Below, one piece after another: positions 1-8,203 of a DNA stretch of 38,809 nucleotides. This DNA comes from a virus (Duplodnaviria > Caudoviricetes), in IMG/VR virus record IMGVR_UViG_3300033067_002286, positions 1 to 38,809 of that record, one strand, 5' to 3'. The notes under the pieces were generated by a model. The model saw only the letters and a list, made by a program, of their open reading frames with translations. It did no database searches and was not told the origin of the DNA. The translations under genes were made by a program, and so were the position numbers. Each line of letters starts with the position of its first letter. Positions within the stretch are counted from its first letter, which is position 1.

Positions 1-348
1 CCGGTCTCCCAGTGGATCGGTTGGTTCAATTTCCGCCGCTGGGACATCATGCCGCGCGTATGGCTCGATGCAACACCACCCGACCAGCAGCAAGAGCGCG
101 AAGCGCGCCAGAGCAAAGCCGTAGGAGAGAAGGCAAAGACTATTGGCGCTCTTGCCAGCGCAATGGAGACACTACAGAAGGTGTTGCCCGAAGTTACCCC
201 GCGCCAGTGGTTCGAAGCATCGAACTTGCTGCCCGATCAGGACGCTATAGCGGAGCGCCAGGATAAGAAGAAAAAGCAGGCACCAACGCCAGCTGATGAA
301 CAGCCGGTGGATACTGCGGATAAAAGCGTTGGTGACAGTGTCGGCTAA
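1..348 (+). CDS. C-terminal fragment of probable portal protein (Mu gp29/DUF935-like), truncated by window edge
   Basis: Frame is open from base 1 (PVSQWIGWFNFRRWDIMPRVWLD...). It lies upstream of protease and capsid genes, and the WFNF..P pattern resembles Mu-type portal C-termini. Confidence 0.45.
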   Translation, partial: PVSQWIGWFNFRRWDIMPRVWLDATPPDQQQEREARQSKAVGEKAKTIGALASAMETLQKVLPEVTPRQWFEASNLLPDQDAIAERQDKKKKQAPTPADEQPVDTADKSVGDSVG

Positions 349-545
349 AAGAAGTGCCCGCAGAAGTCGTGCGGGCTAAGCCAGATATCGAGCGCTTCGT
401 ACTTCTCATTGCGAAGGCGCTGTTGGTCGCGATGGCGTTGTTTGCGATTGTACTCCATCCGGTATTCTTTCAAACTAAAGCCATACCGAGAACCCTGGTA
501 GTTGTAGCGAGCAGCGTTGAACTTTCGACGATAATTGCGATGCAT
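345..545 (-). CDS. small basic hypothetical protein (66 aa)
   Basis: ATG at 545 has GGAGG just upstream on the minus strand. A candidate minus-strand promoter TTGCCG-18-TACAAT (with TGn) lies at 628-599. Confidence 0.45.
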   Translation of the reverse strand: MHRNYRRKFNAARYNYQGSRYGFSLKEYRMEYNRKQRHRDQQRLRNEKYEALDIWLSPHDFCGHFF

Positions 546-605
546 GAGCCCCTCCAAGAATTGGAAAAGGACTCGGGTTGTGATCAAGCATAACCGGTAT
601 TGTAG

Positions 606-619
606 CACCATCTAGCGGT
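606..619 (+). promoter_or_regulatory. conserved SACCATC-N6/7-start element (putative late leaderless promoter)
   Basis: CACCATC then 7 nt then ATG 620; one of seven such sites at the heads of mostly virion/lysis modules. Confidence 0.55.
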
Positions 620-2089
620 ATGCGGCAACATTTCCGTGCTGTACAAGCGAGCTCCGACAATGCGCCGGAAGGTCATCTATGGTTTGACCTGGTGACAGGT
701 GACCGGGACACCTTTAAAACACGCCTAAAGCCTAGCGGTGGGCGGTTTCACAGCGAAGCGCGGCCTTGGCTGAATACCCACAATGACAAGGACGCCAGCA
801 AGGTCATCGGTAATATGGTTGAGTCGCGTCAATCGAGTGACAGTCCTTTTCAAGTACTTGTCAAGTTCGATGACCAAGACCCAGAAGCTATGAAAATCTA
901 TGATAAGCATAAGCGCGGCGTGTTGAAAGGCTGCAGCGTCGGTTTTCTGCCTATCCCCGGCAAATTCCACGTAGAGATGGAAGACGACGGCCAGAAAACG
1001 ATCGTTTATGACGAGTACTACATTCTAGAGGGCAGCTCGTGCGGAGTGCCGTCCAACCCTACGGCGCTTATGCGCTCCGCCGAGCTTGTCATTGAAGATG
1101 CACTGGCGGCAGAGCCTGTCAAGCCATCTGTTACACCATCAGCAGTACAAACCCGAGCAACGCCGACTGTAGGCAGTGCTCCAGTCAAGACTTTTAGCAC
1201 TGATGTGCAGGGGAAATGGAAACCGATGCAGCCTGAACAGAGAGCAATGCACCGCGCAATGATTGGCGATTCTCTGCGCTCCGCCGAAGATCACATGCAG
1301 TGTCACGCCGCGCTGCCGGAGTTTCCGGAGCATCGCGAGTTTCACGCTGGCGAAGCTCGCGCTTGTATGAAGCGCTGCGCCGCGATGACTCGCATGGTCC
1401 ACGATTCGCTGCACGCTGCCGGCGAAGCAACGCCGGAACCCGCGCCCGCCGATGCCAAGGTGGGCGCAATGATGCGCTGCGCTTCGCTGCAGAACGCCGA
1501 TGCGGCGCTGCTCGCAGAGTTCAAAGAGACCTATCGCAATTGCGCCGGCTATGCGACGCGCAGCTATCGCGATGTCGGCGAGTCCATCGCCAAATCGCCC
1601 GCCGAGCTGCGCACTAAGTGGCTGGCGACTCAGCAGATCGAAGCGATGCATCGCAAGGCGCTGGTCGAGAAGCGCAATGCCGCGGCTGAGCTCGAAGCGC
1701 AGCAGCGCGCCACGATCATCGAGGAACTCAAGGATGGCCCTGGCCTGGAGCCCGCCATCGAGTGCGAGATTCTCGGCCTCGATCCGACCGACCCGAAGCG
1801 TCAAACGCGCTCGGCTGACGGTCCGATGTCGCTTGCTGACCTTATGGCGCTGCGCAACTCGCTGATGGGCGCTGCGCAGGTGCTGACTCGCACTGCGGCG
1901 CTTACCCCCGCTGCCACGGCGACAGAGACCGATGAGGCTCTCAAGCAGCCTGCTCCGCCGGCTCGGCCGGATGCGTCTGGCAAGGTAGAAGGAGTCGACC
2001 CGAAAGTTATGGAGGCGCTGCGCGCTGGTGCGCGGTCTGCTGGCTTGAACCTTGACAATGCGCTTGCCGCTGCGCGGCGGATGAGCTAG
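620..2089 (+). CDS. HK97-family prohead protease fused to scaffold-like C-terminal region
   Basis: WLNTHN, LKGCSVGF and EGSSCGVPSNPTAL protease motifs, followed by a long Ala/Glu-rich helical tail; lies upstream of the capsid genes. Confidence 0.85.
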   Translation: MRQHFRAVQASSDNAPEGHLWFDLVTGDRDTFKTRLKPSGGRFHSEARPWLNTHNDKDASKVIGNMVESRQSSDSPFQVLVKFDDQDPEAMKIYDKHKRGVLKGCSVGFLPIPGKFHVEMEDDGQKTIVYDEYYILEGSSCGVPSNPTALMRSAELVIEDALAAEPVKPSVTPSAVQTRATPTVGSAPVKTFSTDVQGKWKPMQPEQRAMHRAMIGDSLRSAEDHMQCHAALPEFPEHREFHAGEARACMKRCAAMTRMVHDSLHAAGEATPEPAPADAKVGAMMRCASLQNADAALLAEFKETYRNCAGYATRSYRDVGESIAKSPAELRTKWLATQQIEAMHRKALVEKRNAAAELEAQQRATIIEELKDGPGLEPAIECEILGLDPTDPKRQTRSADGPMSLADLMALRNSLMGAAQVLTRTAALTPAATATETDEALKQPAPPARPDASGKVEGVDPKVMEALRAGARSAGLNLDNALAAARRMS

Positions 2090-2118
2090 TTCGCTAAGCG
2101 AACTGAAAGGAAAGAGCG

Positions 2119-2547
2119 ATGAGCTTTACACTCGAACCGCGCGCCGGTAATCAGAATCTGGTGCAGGTCATCAAGAGCGCCAAGATTGGCGCTGGCGTCA
2201 ACATCGAGCAGGGCAAGTTCTACGTCTTCGTGGGCGGCTACCTTGTCGTCCCCGCTGCTGCTAACGCGGCGACGGGCTACCGGCCGGTGCGTGCGCTCGA
2301 CAATAAAGACAACACTAGCGGCGGCAACGGCGATCTGACGGTTGACGTTGAGTACAACAGCTGGTATGACCTGCCCAACGACGGGACCCATCCGGTCGAT
2401 CAGACCTACGTGGGCAAGCCGTCGTACCTCAGCTCGGCTTTCACTCTGTCGCAGACCAGCGCTGACGGGCCGCTGTTCGGCACGATCATTCAGTACAATC
2501 AGCCCAACAACCTGTATGGCCGCCCGGTGCGCGCGGAGCTCAAGTAA
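2119..2547 (+). CDS. head decoration/cement protein
   Basis: 142 aa Gly/beta-rich protein between protease and MCP; AAGGA RBS; highly biased codon usage. Confidence 0.6.
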   Translation: MSFTLEPRAGNQNLVQVIKSAKIGAGVNIEQGKFYVFVGGYLVVPAAANAATGYRPVRALDNKDNTSGGNGDLTVDVEYNSWYDLPNDGTHPVDQTYVGKPSYLSSAFTLSQTSADGPLFGTIIQYNQPNNLYGRPVRAELK

Positions 2548-2550
2548 GCC

Positions 2551-3648
2551 ATGAGTACCCCCACAGTTTCCGGTCTGACTCCATCGCAGGAGCAGATTGT
2601 TTTTACTTCGATCATCGCCGCTGGGCTCCAGGAAGCGTATCTGGGTGATCTCAGCCTGGTATATGACAAGATCGCGCGCTGCCAGATGCCGGAATACTTC
2701 GCCCAGAAGTTCCCTGGCATCTTCCGCCCTGACGGTCAGCTGATCAACCCCGGCTCGGCCGCGCTGCCGGACCAGGCGGTGTTTGGCCAAGTCATGCCGC
2801 TTGCGCGTATGGAGGCCCTATCGCCCAATGGCGGCGGCGCTACCAGCTTTCCGCTCATGCGCCAGGCGCAGAATGTGCTGCTCGGGCCGTACGAGGCCAA
2901 GGCGCATGAGTCGGTGTGGAACTTCCGCAAGGACGTGTTCGGCACGCTGCAGGCTGCTGCCGGCCTCATGCGGCGCACGGCTGAGAAGAACGCCGACTTC
3001 CTGCTTGCGGCGCTGCTGCAGAATGGCAATACGTCGAGCTGCTGGCATACCGCGCTCACCGGGAAGAACTTCTTCGATACCAATATCCCGTGTGATCTCG
3101 GTCCGAATCTGTCGGGCGACACGTTCACGAACTACTACACCAACACGCCGCTGACCAGCACGAACATCCTGAAGAAGATCGGGTATGCGCGCGGTATTCG
3201 GCTCGGCGATCGGGTGCCCATCAGCGTCAACCTTGACACGCTGATCTATCCGACCGTGCTGGAGAACGACGCGCAGATCAGCACCATGCTGCGCTATATC
3301 GTGTACAGTGGCGCTGGCGTTCCCAACGGTAACCTTGCGCCGGGACAGTCCGCCGGTACTGCGGCGATGGGTGAGAACGCCATCCAGCTGCTGAACTACG
3401 TGAAGAAAGTTGTCCCGTACGACGTTCTGAGCGACGGCACCAGTTCGGGCGATGTCACCTGGTATTTGGCTGATTCGCGCATGTTTGGCCTTCTGTACGC
3501 TCGCGCACTGGCTCCGCAGTACGCCTGGCAGGTGGATCCGAACTCGGCCGCTGTTTTCGAAGAGAATGAGTACCGCTTCAAGGTGAACACCTGGGAAGGC
3601 GCGGCTTACGGTCTTCCGCAGTTCATCTTTAAGATGCGCGGGAACTAG
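2551..3648 (+). CDS. major capsid protein, Mu gpT-like
   Basis: 365 aa; GKNFFDT, TLIYP..LE, TWYLAD and AYGLPQF motifs typical of Mu gpT; head-operon position. Confidence 0.85.
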   Translation: MSTPTVSGLTPSQEQIVFTSIIAAGLQEAYLGDLSLVYDKIARCQMPEYFAQKFPGIFRPDGQLINPGSAALPDQAVFGQVMPLARMEALSPNGGGATSFPLMRQAQNVLLGPYEAKAHESVWNFRKDVFGTLQAAAGLMRRTAEKNADFLLAALLQNGNTSSCWHTALTGKNFFDTNIPCDLGPNLSGDTFTNYYTNTPLTSTNILKKIGYARGIRLGDRVPISVNLDTLIYPTVLENDAQISTMLRYIVYSGAGVPNGNLAPGQSAGTAAMGENAIQLLNYVKKVVPYDVLSDGTSSGDVTWYLADSRMFGLLYARALAPQYAWQVDPNSAAVFEENEYRFKVNTWEGAAYGLPQFIFKMRGN

Positions 3649-3651
3649 TCT

Positions 3652-3948
3652 TCAGTCCGCAGTCGCCCAATCAAACAACGCTGCCTGCAGTTCCACGCTT
3701 CGAATCTTTCCATCCGGTGCCAACGGCAGCGGCGCTACTTTCAACCAGCGCCGTTCTAGCTCTTCGTCCATTATCTCCGTTACTGAGATGAAACGGCGAT
3801 TCGCTTCGTTGCGTATTATTGGCGGAACGCTGTTTTTAACCATTTGCATGTGCATCTTTGTATGATGCCACCTCGCACCGATAAGAGCGCCAGTTGGCTC
3901 CAATTTCACCGATACACGCAGCTGTTTTAGAACGTCATCGAAGTTCAC
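3652..3948 (-). CDS. hypothetical protein
   Basis: 98 aa ORF with 4-nt overlap with the upstream minus-strand ORF. Confidence 0.5.
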   Translation of the reverse strand: MNFDDVLKQLRVSVKLEPTGALIGARWHHTKMHMQMVKNSVPPIIRNEANRRFISVTEIMDEELERRWLKVAPLPLAPDGKIRSVELQAALFDWATAD

Positions 3949-4160
3949 CGTATGTCTCCTATTACCCTCGGTAACTGTACAACAAACCCAGGTACTGATA
4001 AGGTGCCACAGAACACTTGTTCAAATAGGGCCATTACAGCTACACGTCGCCGATAAGCTACGCTGTACCTATTTCTTTTGGCCGGCTTATGTGCTACGCA
4101 CAAGTCACCTTGCCTTTCAACAGCTTCAAGGCAACTCGGGTCTGCACATAATGCCGCCAT
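3945..4160 (-). CDS. hypothetical protein with Cx4C..Cx2H motif
   Basis: ATG at 4160 follows a TGT-TACATT extended -10 on the minus strand; CADPSC...LCVAH. Confidence 0.5.
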   Translation of the reverse strand: MAALCADPSCLEAVERQGDLCVAHKPAKRNRYSVAYRRRVAVMALFEQVFCGTLSVPGFVVQLPRVIGDIR

Positions 4161-4162
4161 AG

Positions 4163-4191
4163 TTGACAAATGTAACACACGGTGTTAGGCT
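4163..4191 (+). promoter_or_regulatory. sigma70-type promoter, leaderless
   Basis: TTGACA-17-TAGGCT with TGn extension, 6 nt before ATG 4198; no SD. Confidence 0.75.
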
Positions 4192-4197
4192 GGGTCT

Positions 4198-4635
4198 ATG
4201 GCAAACACCACAAGCACCACAAGTCCCGAAGTAAAGGCTCCTAAGCTGGCTTTCGAGCCGATGAAGTCCACTCACAAAGATCACCAGCCGACAGAGGACG
4301 GCGCGTTCTTGGTTCTACGCAACGTCGAATCACCGAACCCGTATATCAAGAAGGGCGATTCCAAATACCTCCGAACCGGCGTCAAGCTCGTAGTCCCAGA
4401 AGGTTACCTGTGTTTCATCGCCGATCGGCGCGTTCATGGCAGCAGCTTTATGCTGTATCACGTGCAGTTCTTGACGCCTGGCACCAGTGGCGAGGTGTCT
4501 ATCCTTTGCGGCGCGGGGCACATCGCCGATCGCAACGTCCGCATGGGAGAAGAGATTGGCGTTGCGTGGCTCGTAAAGACTGACGGCGCAATGAAGCGCC
4601 CGGAACCGAAGACAGAGAAGGACGAAAGCAAATGA
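4198..4635 (+). CDS. trimeric dUTPase-fold protein with degenerate catalytic motifs
   Basis: RTGVKLVVPEGY..I..R and GEV.I...V..GEEIG follow the dUTPase scaffold; RSG, GVIDxDY, RIAQ and motif 5 are absent. Confidence 0.6.
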   Translation: MANTTSTTSPEVKAPKLAFEPMKSTHKDHQPTEDGAFLVLRNVESPNPYIKKGDSKYLRTGVKLVVPEGYLCFIADRRVHGSSFMLYHVQFLTPGTSGEVSILCGAGHIADRNVRMGEEIGVAWLVKTDGAMKRPEPKTEKDESK

Positions 4636-4853
4636 ACATTCGTCGCGAGTTCACCGTCCACATGCTCAACGAGGCCGGCAAACAGAAAGCTCGCCAGATA
4701 GCCGAGACTCTGACCGAAGCGCTCGACAAGCTGGAGCAAGTCTGCGGCACTGATGGCCGCGAAATGGCGCTGGTGCGCACCAAGTTCGAAGAGCTCAGCT
4801 TTTTTGCCAAAAAGGCGATGGCTGTGCACTCCGAGAATCAGGAGCCCGCGTGA
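4632..4853 (+). CDS. Acb2/Tad1-like helical-hairpin protein (candidate cyclic-nucleotide sponge)
   Basis: 73 aa; FTVH..N...AR.I...L......GREMALVRTKFEE..FFAKKAMA resembles the Acb2-like hairpin pattern. Confidence 0.65.
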   Translation: MNIRREFTVHMLNEAGKQKARQIAETLTEALDKLEQVCGTDGREMALVRTKFEELSFFAKKAMAVHSENQEPA

Positions 4854-5050
4854 AGATCGAACTGCGCGCGACAGTTACCACCGACGAAGGCAACCAATCG
4901 CAGTGCGCACTACACGTTGACGGCGTAGAGCCTACGTACCGAACTGTGAGTGATGCCATCAATAGCATGGCAGAACGTATTCGGCGGACTGTTGTTGCAA
5001 ACAATACTCCGGAATGGGACGGCATAGCCCGAGCGCGTCCCGGCAACTGA
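4850..5050 (+). CDS. hypothetical protein
   Basis: GTGA overlap with the previous stop; AGGAG RBS. Confidence 0.55.
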   Translation: MKIELRATVTTDEGNQSQCALHVDGVEPTYRTVSDAINSMAERIRRTVVANNTPEWDGIARARPGN

Positions 5051-5061
5051 TCAGGTGAACA

Positions 5062-5325
5062 ATGCCACACGTCCTCGACGTTATCGACTGTCTAGAGATA
5101 CCGGCTAAGGTAAAAGCGGAAATGTTCGTACAACCTTTAGACCCAATGTCTGTAGTGGGGTTTATGGTTAAAGACCTGTGCCGAAGTTTGACTACTGGTA
5201 TTGTCCAAATACATCCGGCGTTAGGTCATATTTGGTATCGACTGTTACGGCGCGCAATCTTCAAAGCTGAACGACTACCTTCGAAGCCAATTCTTCGACG
5301 AGCGGTTATACCGGTCTATCTGTAA
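5062..5325 (+). CDS. hypothetical protein
   Basis: 87 aa ORF filling the operon; AGGTG RBS. Confidence 0.5.
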   Translation: MPHVLDVIDCLEIPAKVKAEMFVQPLDPMSVVGFMVKDLCRSLTTGIVQIHPALGHIWYRLLRRAIFKAERLPSKPILRRAVIPVYL

Positions 5326-5339
5326 CGACCATCTCCGGC

Positions 5340-6440
5340 ATGTGGTCGAATTCATGCCGCCGCTCAAGCCGTAGTCCATCACCGAATTTCTGGAACAACG
5401 CTATCTGGCTTGAGAACGCCACGCCGACCAGCGGCGCTGATGCGCTGTTCAAGATCAAATCCACGCTGCTTCTATCGCTGCTTGGTAGCGTTAACTGGAC
5501 GATTCAAGCCAGCGGCAATGGGCTCGTGTTTGCGTGGCCCGGCGACGTTATAACCGCTGTCGCCGATCTTGCCCGCGCAGGCGCGTGGTTTGTTGCGCGC
5601 AGCCTGCCTTGGCAGGATGCCGGACAGACCTACTACACCGAGTTGTGCGTACAGACTGACGGCGGAACAGGGCTGCGCATCAAAATTGCGTTCCGTACTG
5701 CGTTCACTGGCGGCACGCCGTCGCCCACACAAACGCCTAGCGCGGCCGATGAGCAGTATTGGGTAGGCGGCGGCACCGATGCTTCGCCTACCTATACTAA
5801 CTTCTTTGCAGCATCCGGCTATCGGTTGCAGGGCTTTGTGTCGGGCTTCAACGAGACACTGTGTTTTCTTGAATACCCTATCGGTGGTGGAGCATGTTCG
5901 TCACTGCTGTTCATCGATAGGCCACTGCCTAATCCCGTTGGCGGCGGTGGGAATCTGCTTGACAAAGAACGTATCTGCTTCTATGCGTTCACAGGTAGTA
6001 ACTGCGCGCTGGCGCTGGGTTTAGCCTCAGACAACACCGGACCGCGCTCAACGTTTCTTTATGGTACGTCCGGCCAGCTGTGGGGCCGCTGTCCGCCGCA
6101 AGTTCAGGCCAAATACAATGGCAGCAACATACTAACTAAGACTTTACCCGGCGGCTGCGCAACCTCTGTCATCTATCCGGAGCCCGTAGTTCCGGAAGGC
6201 CCGTTCATTTATCGCCGCAGCGCCGATGTAGCTGGTATTGCTCTGCCCGGCGAAGTTGGGAATTACAACACCTGCGATGATAAGGGCCAGAGCGCATCTT
6301 TCCGCTTCGGCGGACAGACGAAATCTGGACCGGTGTTGCTCGACGCTGTGAATCCTTACACCGGCGACGCTGTGCCTAACGGCGCGCTCCAGATCGGCGA
6401 TTTCATCATGCCATGGAGTGGAACCGCAATTGATGTATAA
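5340..6440 (+). CDS. probable virion structural (tail-associated) protein
   Basis: 366 aa Gly/Thr/Ser-rich; preceded by GACCATC-N6-ATG (5327-5339). Confidence 0.5.
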   Translation: MWSNSCRRSSRSPSPNFWNNAIWLENATPTSGADALFKIKSTLLLSLLGSVNWTIQASGNGLVFAWPGDVITAVADLARAGAWFVARSLPWQDAGQTYYTELCVQTDGGTGLRIKIAFRTAFTGGTPSPTQTPSAADEQYWVGGGTDASPTYTNFFAASGYRLQGFVSGFNETLCFLEYPIGGGACSSLLFIDRPLPNPVGGGGNLLDKERICFYAFTGSNCALALGLASDNTGPRSTFLYGTSGQLWGRCPPQVQAKYNGSNILTKTLPGGCATSVIYPEPVVPEGPFIYRRSADVAGIALPGEVGNYNTCDDKGQSASFRFGGQTKSGPVLLDAVNPYTGDAVPNGALQIGDFIMPWSGTAIDV

Positions 6441-6585
6441 CCAAAGTAGCGGTTGCATGACAGTCCATACAGTGATTGCGAATTTGGTTACGCGTTTTAC
6501 GTAAACTCCGCCGCGGCACGCGGCTTGACTACCCTATTCCGCCGTGTTTGAACATGCGGCACACGAATTGCGAGGACCTCAGACC

Positions 6586-7047
6586 ATGAGCGATACACAG
6601 AACAACGGCGAGATCATTGCCCATCTCCCAGGCGGTATAGAAGTCCGAACGGCGCACGGCGCTGATGGGAAATTCATTAGTGGAAGTGGCGGTGGAGTCA
6701 ATGCCGGTAAAGCCGCTTCCCATCTTGCCAAAGCAGCACATTTCAAAGCCAAGGCTGGAAAAGCTACTCATTCCGAACGCAAACATGCATACCTCAAGTC
6801 AGCCGAGGCCCATGAAAAAAGCGCGACTGCCTGGAAAGAAGGCACTTCGGCTGCACATGCTATCGCTGCTCATGCGCACAGTTGGGCTGCTGGTAGCCAT
6901 GGGGTCATATCTGGCCAGGCCAATCATTCTACGGGTGCTCAGAAAACTCACAAGACTGATGCCGATGCTCATAGTGAACACCATAAAGAACATAAGGCAC
7001 ACATGACTCAGCATGGATCGGGTCATGGTTCTTTTATTGGCGCGTAG
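6586..7047 (+). CDS. His/Ala/Lys-rich protein with HxxxGKF motif; candidate internal head protein
   Basis: MSDTQNN start with GAGG upstream; EVRTAHGADGKFISGSGGG followed by helical His-rich repeats. Confidence 0.55.
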   Translation: MSDTQNNGEIIAHLPGGIEVRTAHGADGKFISGSGGGVNAGKAASHLAKAAHFKAKAGKATHSERKHAYLKSAEAHEKSATAWKEGTSAAHAIAAHAHSWAAGSHGVISGQANHSTGAQKTHKTDADAHSEHHKEHKAHMTQHGSGHGSFIGA

Positions 7048-7078
7048 CGCTGTAACAGCCTAGCACCTACATTGCCCG

Positions 7079-7096
7079 CGGTGTTATTCTGTGCTT
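7079..7096 (+). promoter_or_regulatory. extended -10 leaderless promoter
   Basis: CGGTGT-TATTCT then 6 nt then ATG 7097; same CGGTGY context as the other promoters. Confidence 0.55.
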
Positions 7097-8200
7097 ATGA
7101 GAGAAACACCGCTCGCGCTACTCCTTCTCCCCTACATTGTTTGCTCTTTCAGCTACGCGTTCCTGTGCGGCGTCATAGGACGCACGTATGACCCCCTATC
7201 GGCGTTTTCTGTATACGCCGTCGGTTGTTTAGTAAGCTTCATCGGCTCCGCGCTGTGGTATCGACCGAAGCGCCTTTGGCCGCCCACTCGCGATGAAAGT
7301 CTCGCCGCTGTTGCCAGTACTTTGATTCTCACCAGCTCCACGCTGTCGCTCCTTCTTCCTCAGTCATTGCTCGCCGTTGTTACTTCCAAATCTGGAGCGC
7401 TGCTTATCCCATCAGCGCGTCACATTCGGCTCGTACGCCGAATACCGCTGCAGATGTTGCCGGCGTATATTGTCCGTCGGCTGTCGTTGCCTCTTTTGGC
7501 CATCCTTGCGGTTGTGCTCTCGGCCTGGCGCAAGCCCTTAGTGCTTATCGCTGTGCCGTTCTGTCTGGCTTGCGTATATGTGACCGGGTACGCGTTGAAG
7601 CTCAAGTCTGTAAAGATGGCCAAAATAACTCTACAGCCGCGGACGAAGAATGAATTCGTCGTAGCGGAACAGCTTGTCGTCGCCGTTGTTACCCTCGCCA
7701 TCGCTGCACTATTCGACCAATACCGCCGACTGGTGCCTGGTAGCGGTCATGCCGCCACACTTGCCGACTGGCGCTTATGGGCTGTTGCCGCAGCCAGCTA
7801 CGGCGGCGGATTCATTGGTACCCAGCTTGTGCTGCACTCGACCCCGCAGACGATAGTTTTTCCCGCCTACCGCGCTGCATCGCTTCTCTGCGCGCTCGGA
7901 GCTTCGGCCGCTCGTGGAGAACTACACTGGAAGCGCGCGTACTGGTCCGACTGGAGCGCGCTGGCGGTCGCACTAGTTGTCGTTCTGTGGGCTTCCGGCG
8001 CGTTTTCCTTTACACGGAAGCGTTTTGCGGTATACAGTAGCTACTTCAATACCCATGCGGTCACTCAAACGCTCCGGAATGCAAAGGAATGGCTTTCTGT
8101 GGCATGGGACAATTCCATGAACGCGGAGGCACGGCGTCGTGCCGCAGTTAATGCCGCTTTGTCGCGTTGGTTTGTAGACAATTTCACCGGAGAACGGTAA
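7097..8200 (+). CDS. polytopic membrane protein (about 9-10 hydrophobic segments; DMT/EamA-like topology)
   Basis: Alternating hydrophobic stretches in two halves; 3 nt upstream of purB. Confidence 0.55.
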   Translation: MRETPLALLLLPYIVCSFSYAFLCGVIGRTYDPLSAFSVYAVGCLVSFIGSALWYRPKRLWPPTRDESLAAVASTLILTSSTLSLLLPQSLLAVVTSKSGALLIPSARHIRLVRRIPLQMLPAYIVRRLSLPLLAILAVVLSAWRKPLVLIAVPFCLACVYVTGYALKLKSVKMAKITLQPRTKNEFVVAEQLVVAVVTLAIAALFDQYRRLVPGSGHAATLADWRLWAVAAASYGGGFIGTQLVLHSTPQTIVFPAYRAASLLCALGASAARGELHWKRAYWSDWSALAVALVVVLWASGAFSFTRKRFAVYSSYFNTHAVTQTLRNAKEWLSVAWDNSMNAEARRRAAVNAALSRWFVDNFTGER

Positions 8201-8203
8201 AAT

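Noticed and set aside
4173-4187. Inverted repeat TAACAC-N3-GTGTTA as a repressor operator
   Set aside because: It is explained by two back-to-back extended -10 elements (TGTTA) of divergent promoters.
6438-6490. TAACCAAA/TTTGGTTA long hairpin as ncRNA or riboswitch
   Set aside because: The inner stem depends on many G-U pairs and no known motif is recognisable; at most a terminator or processing stem.
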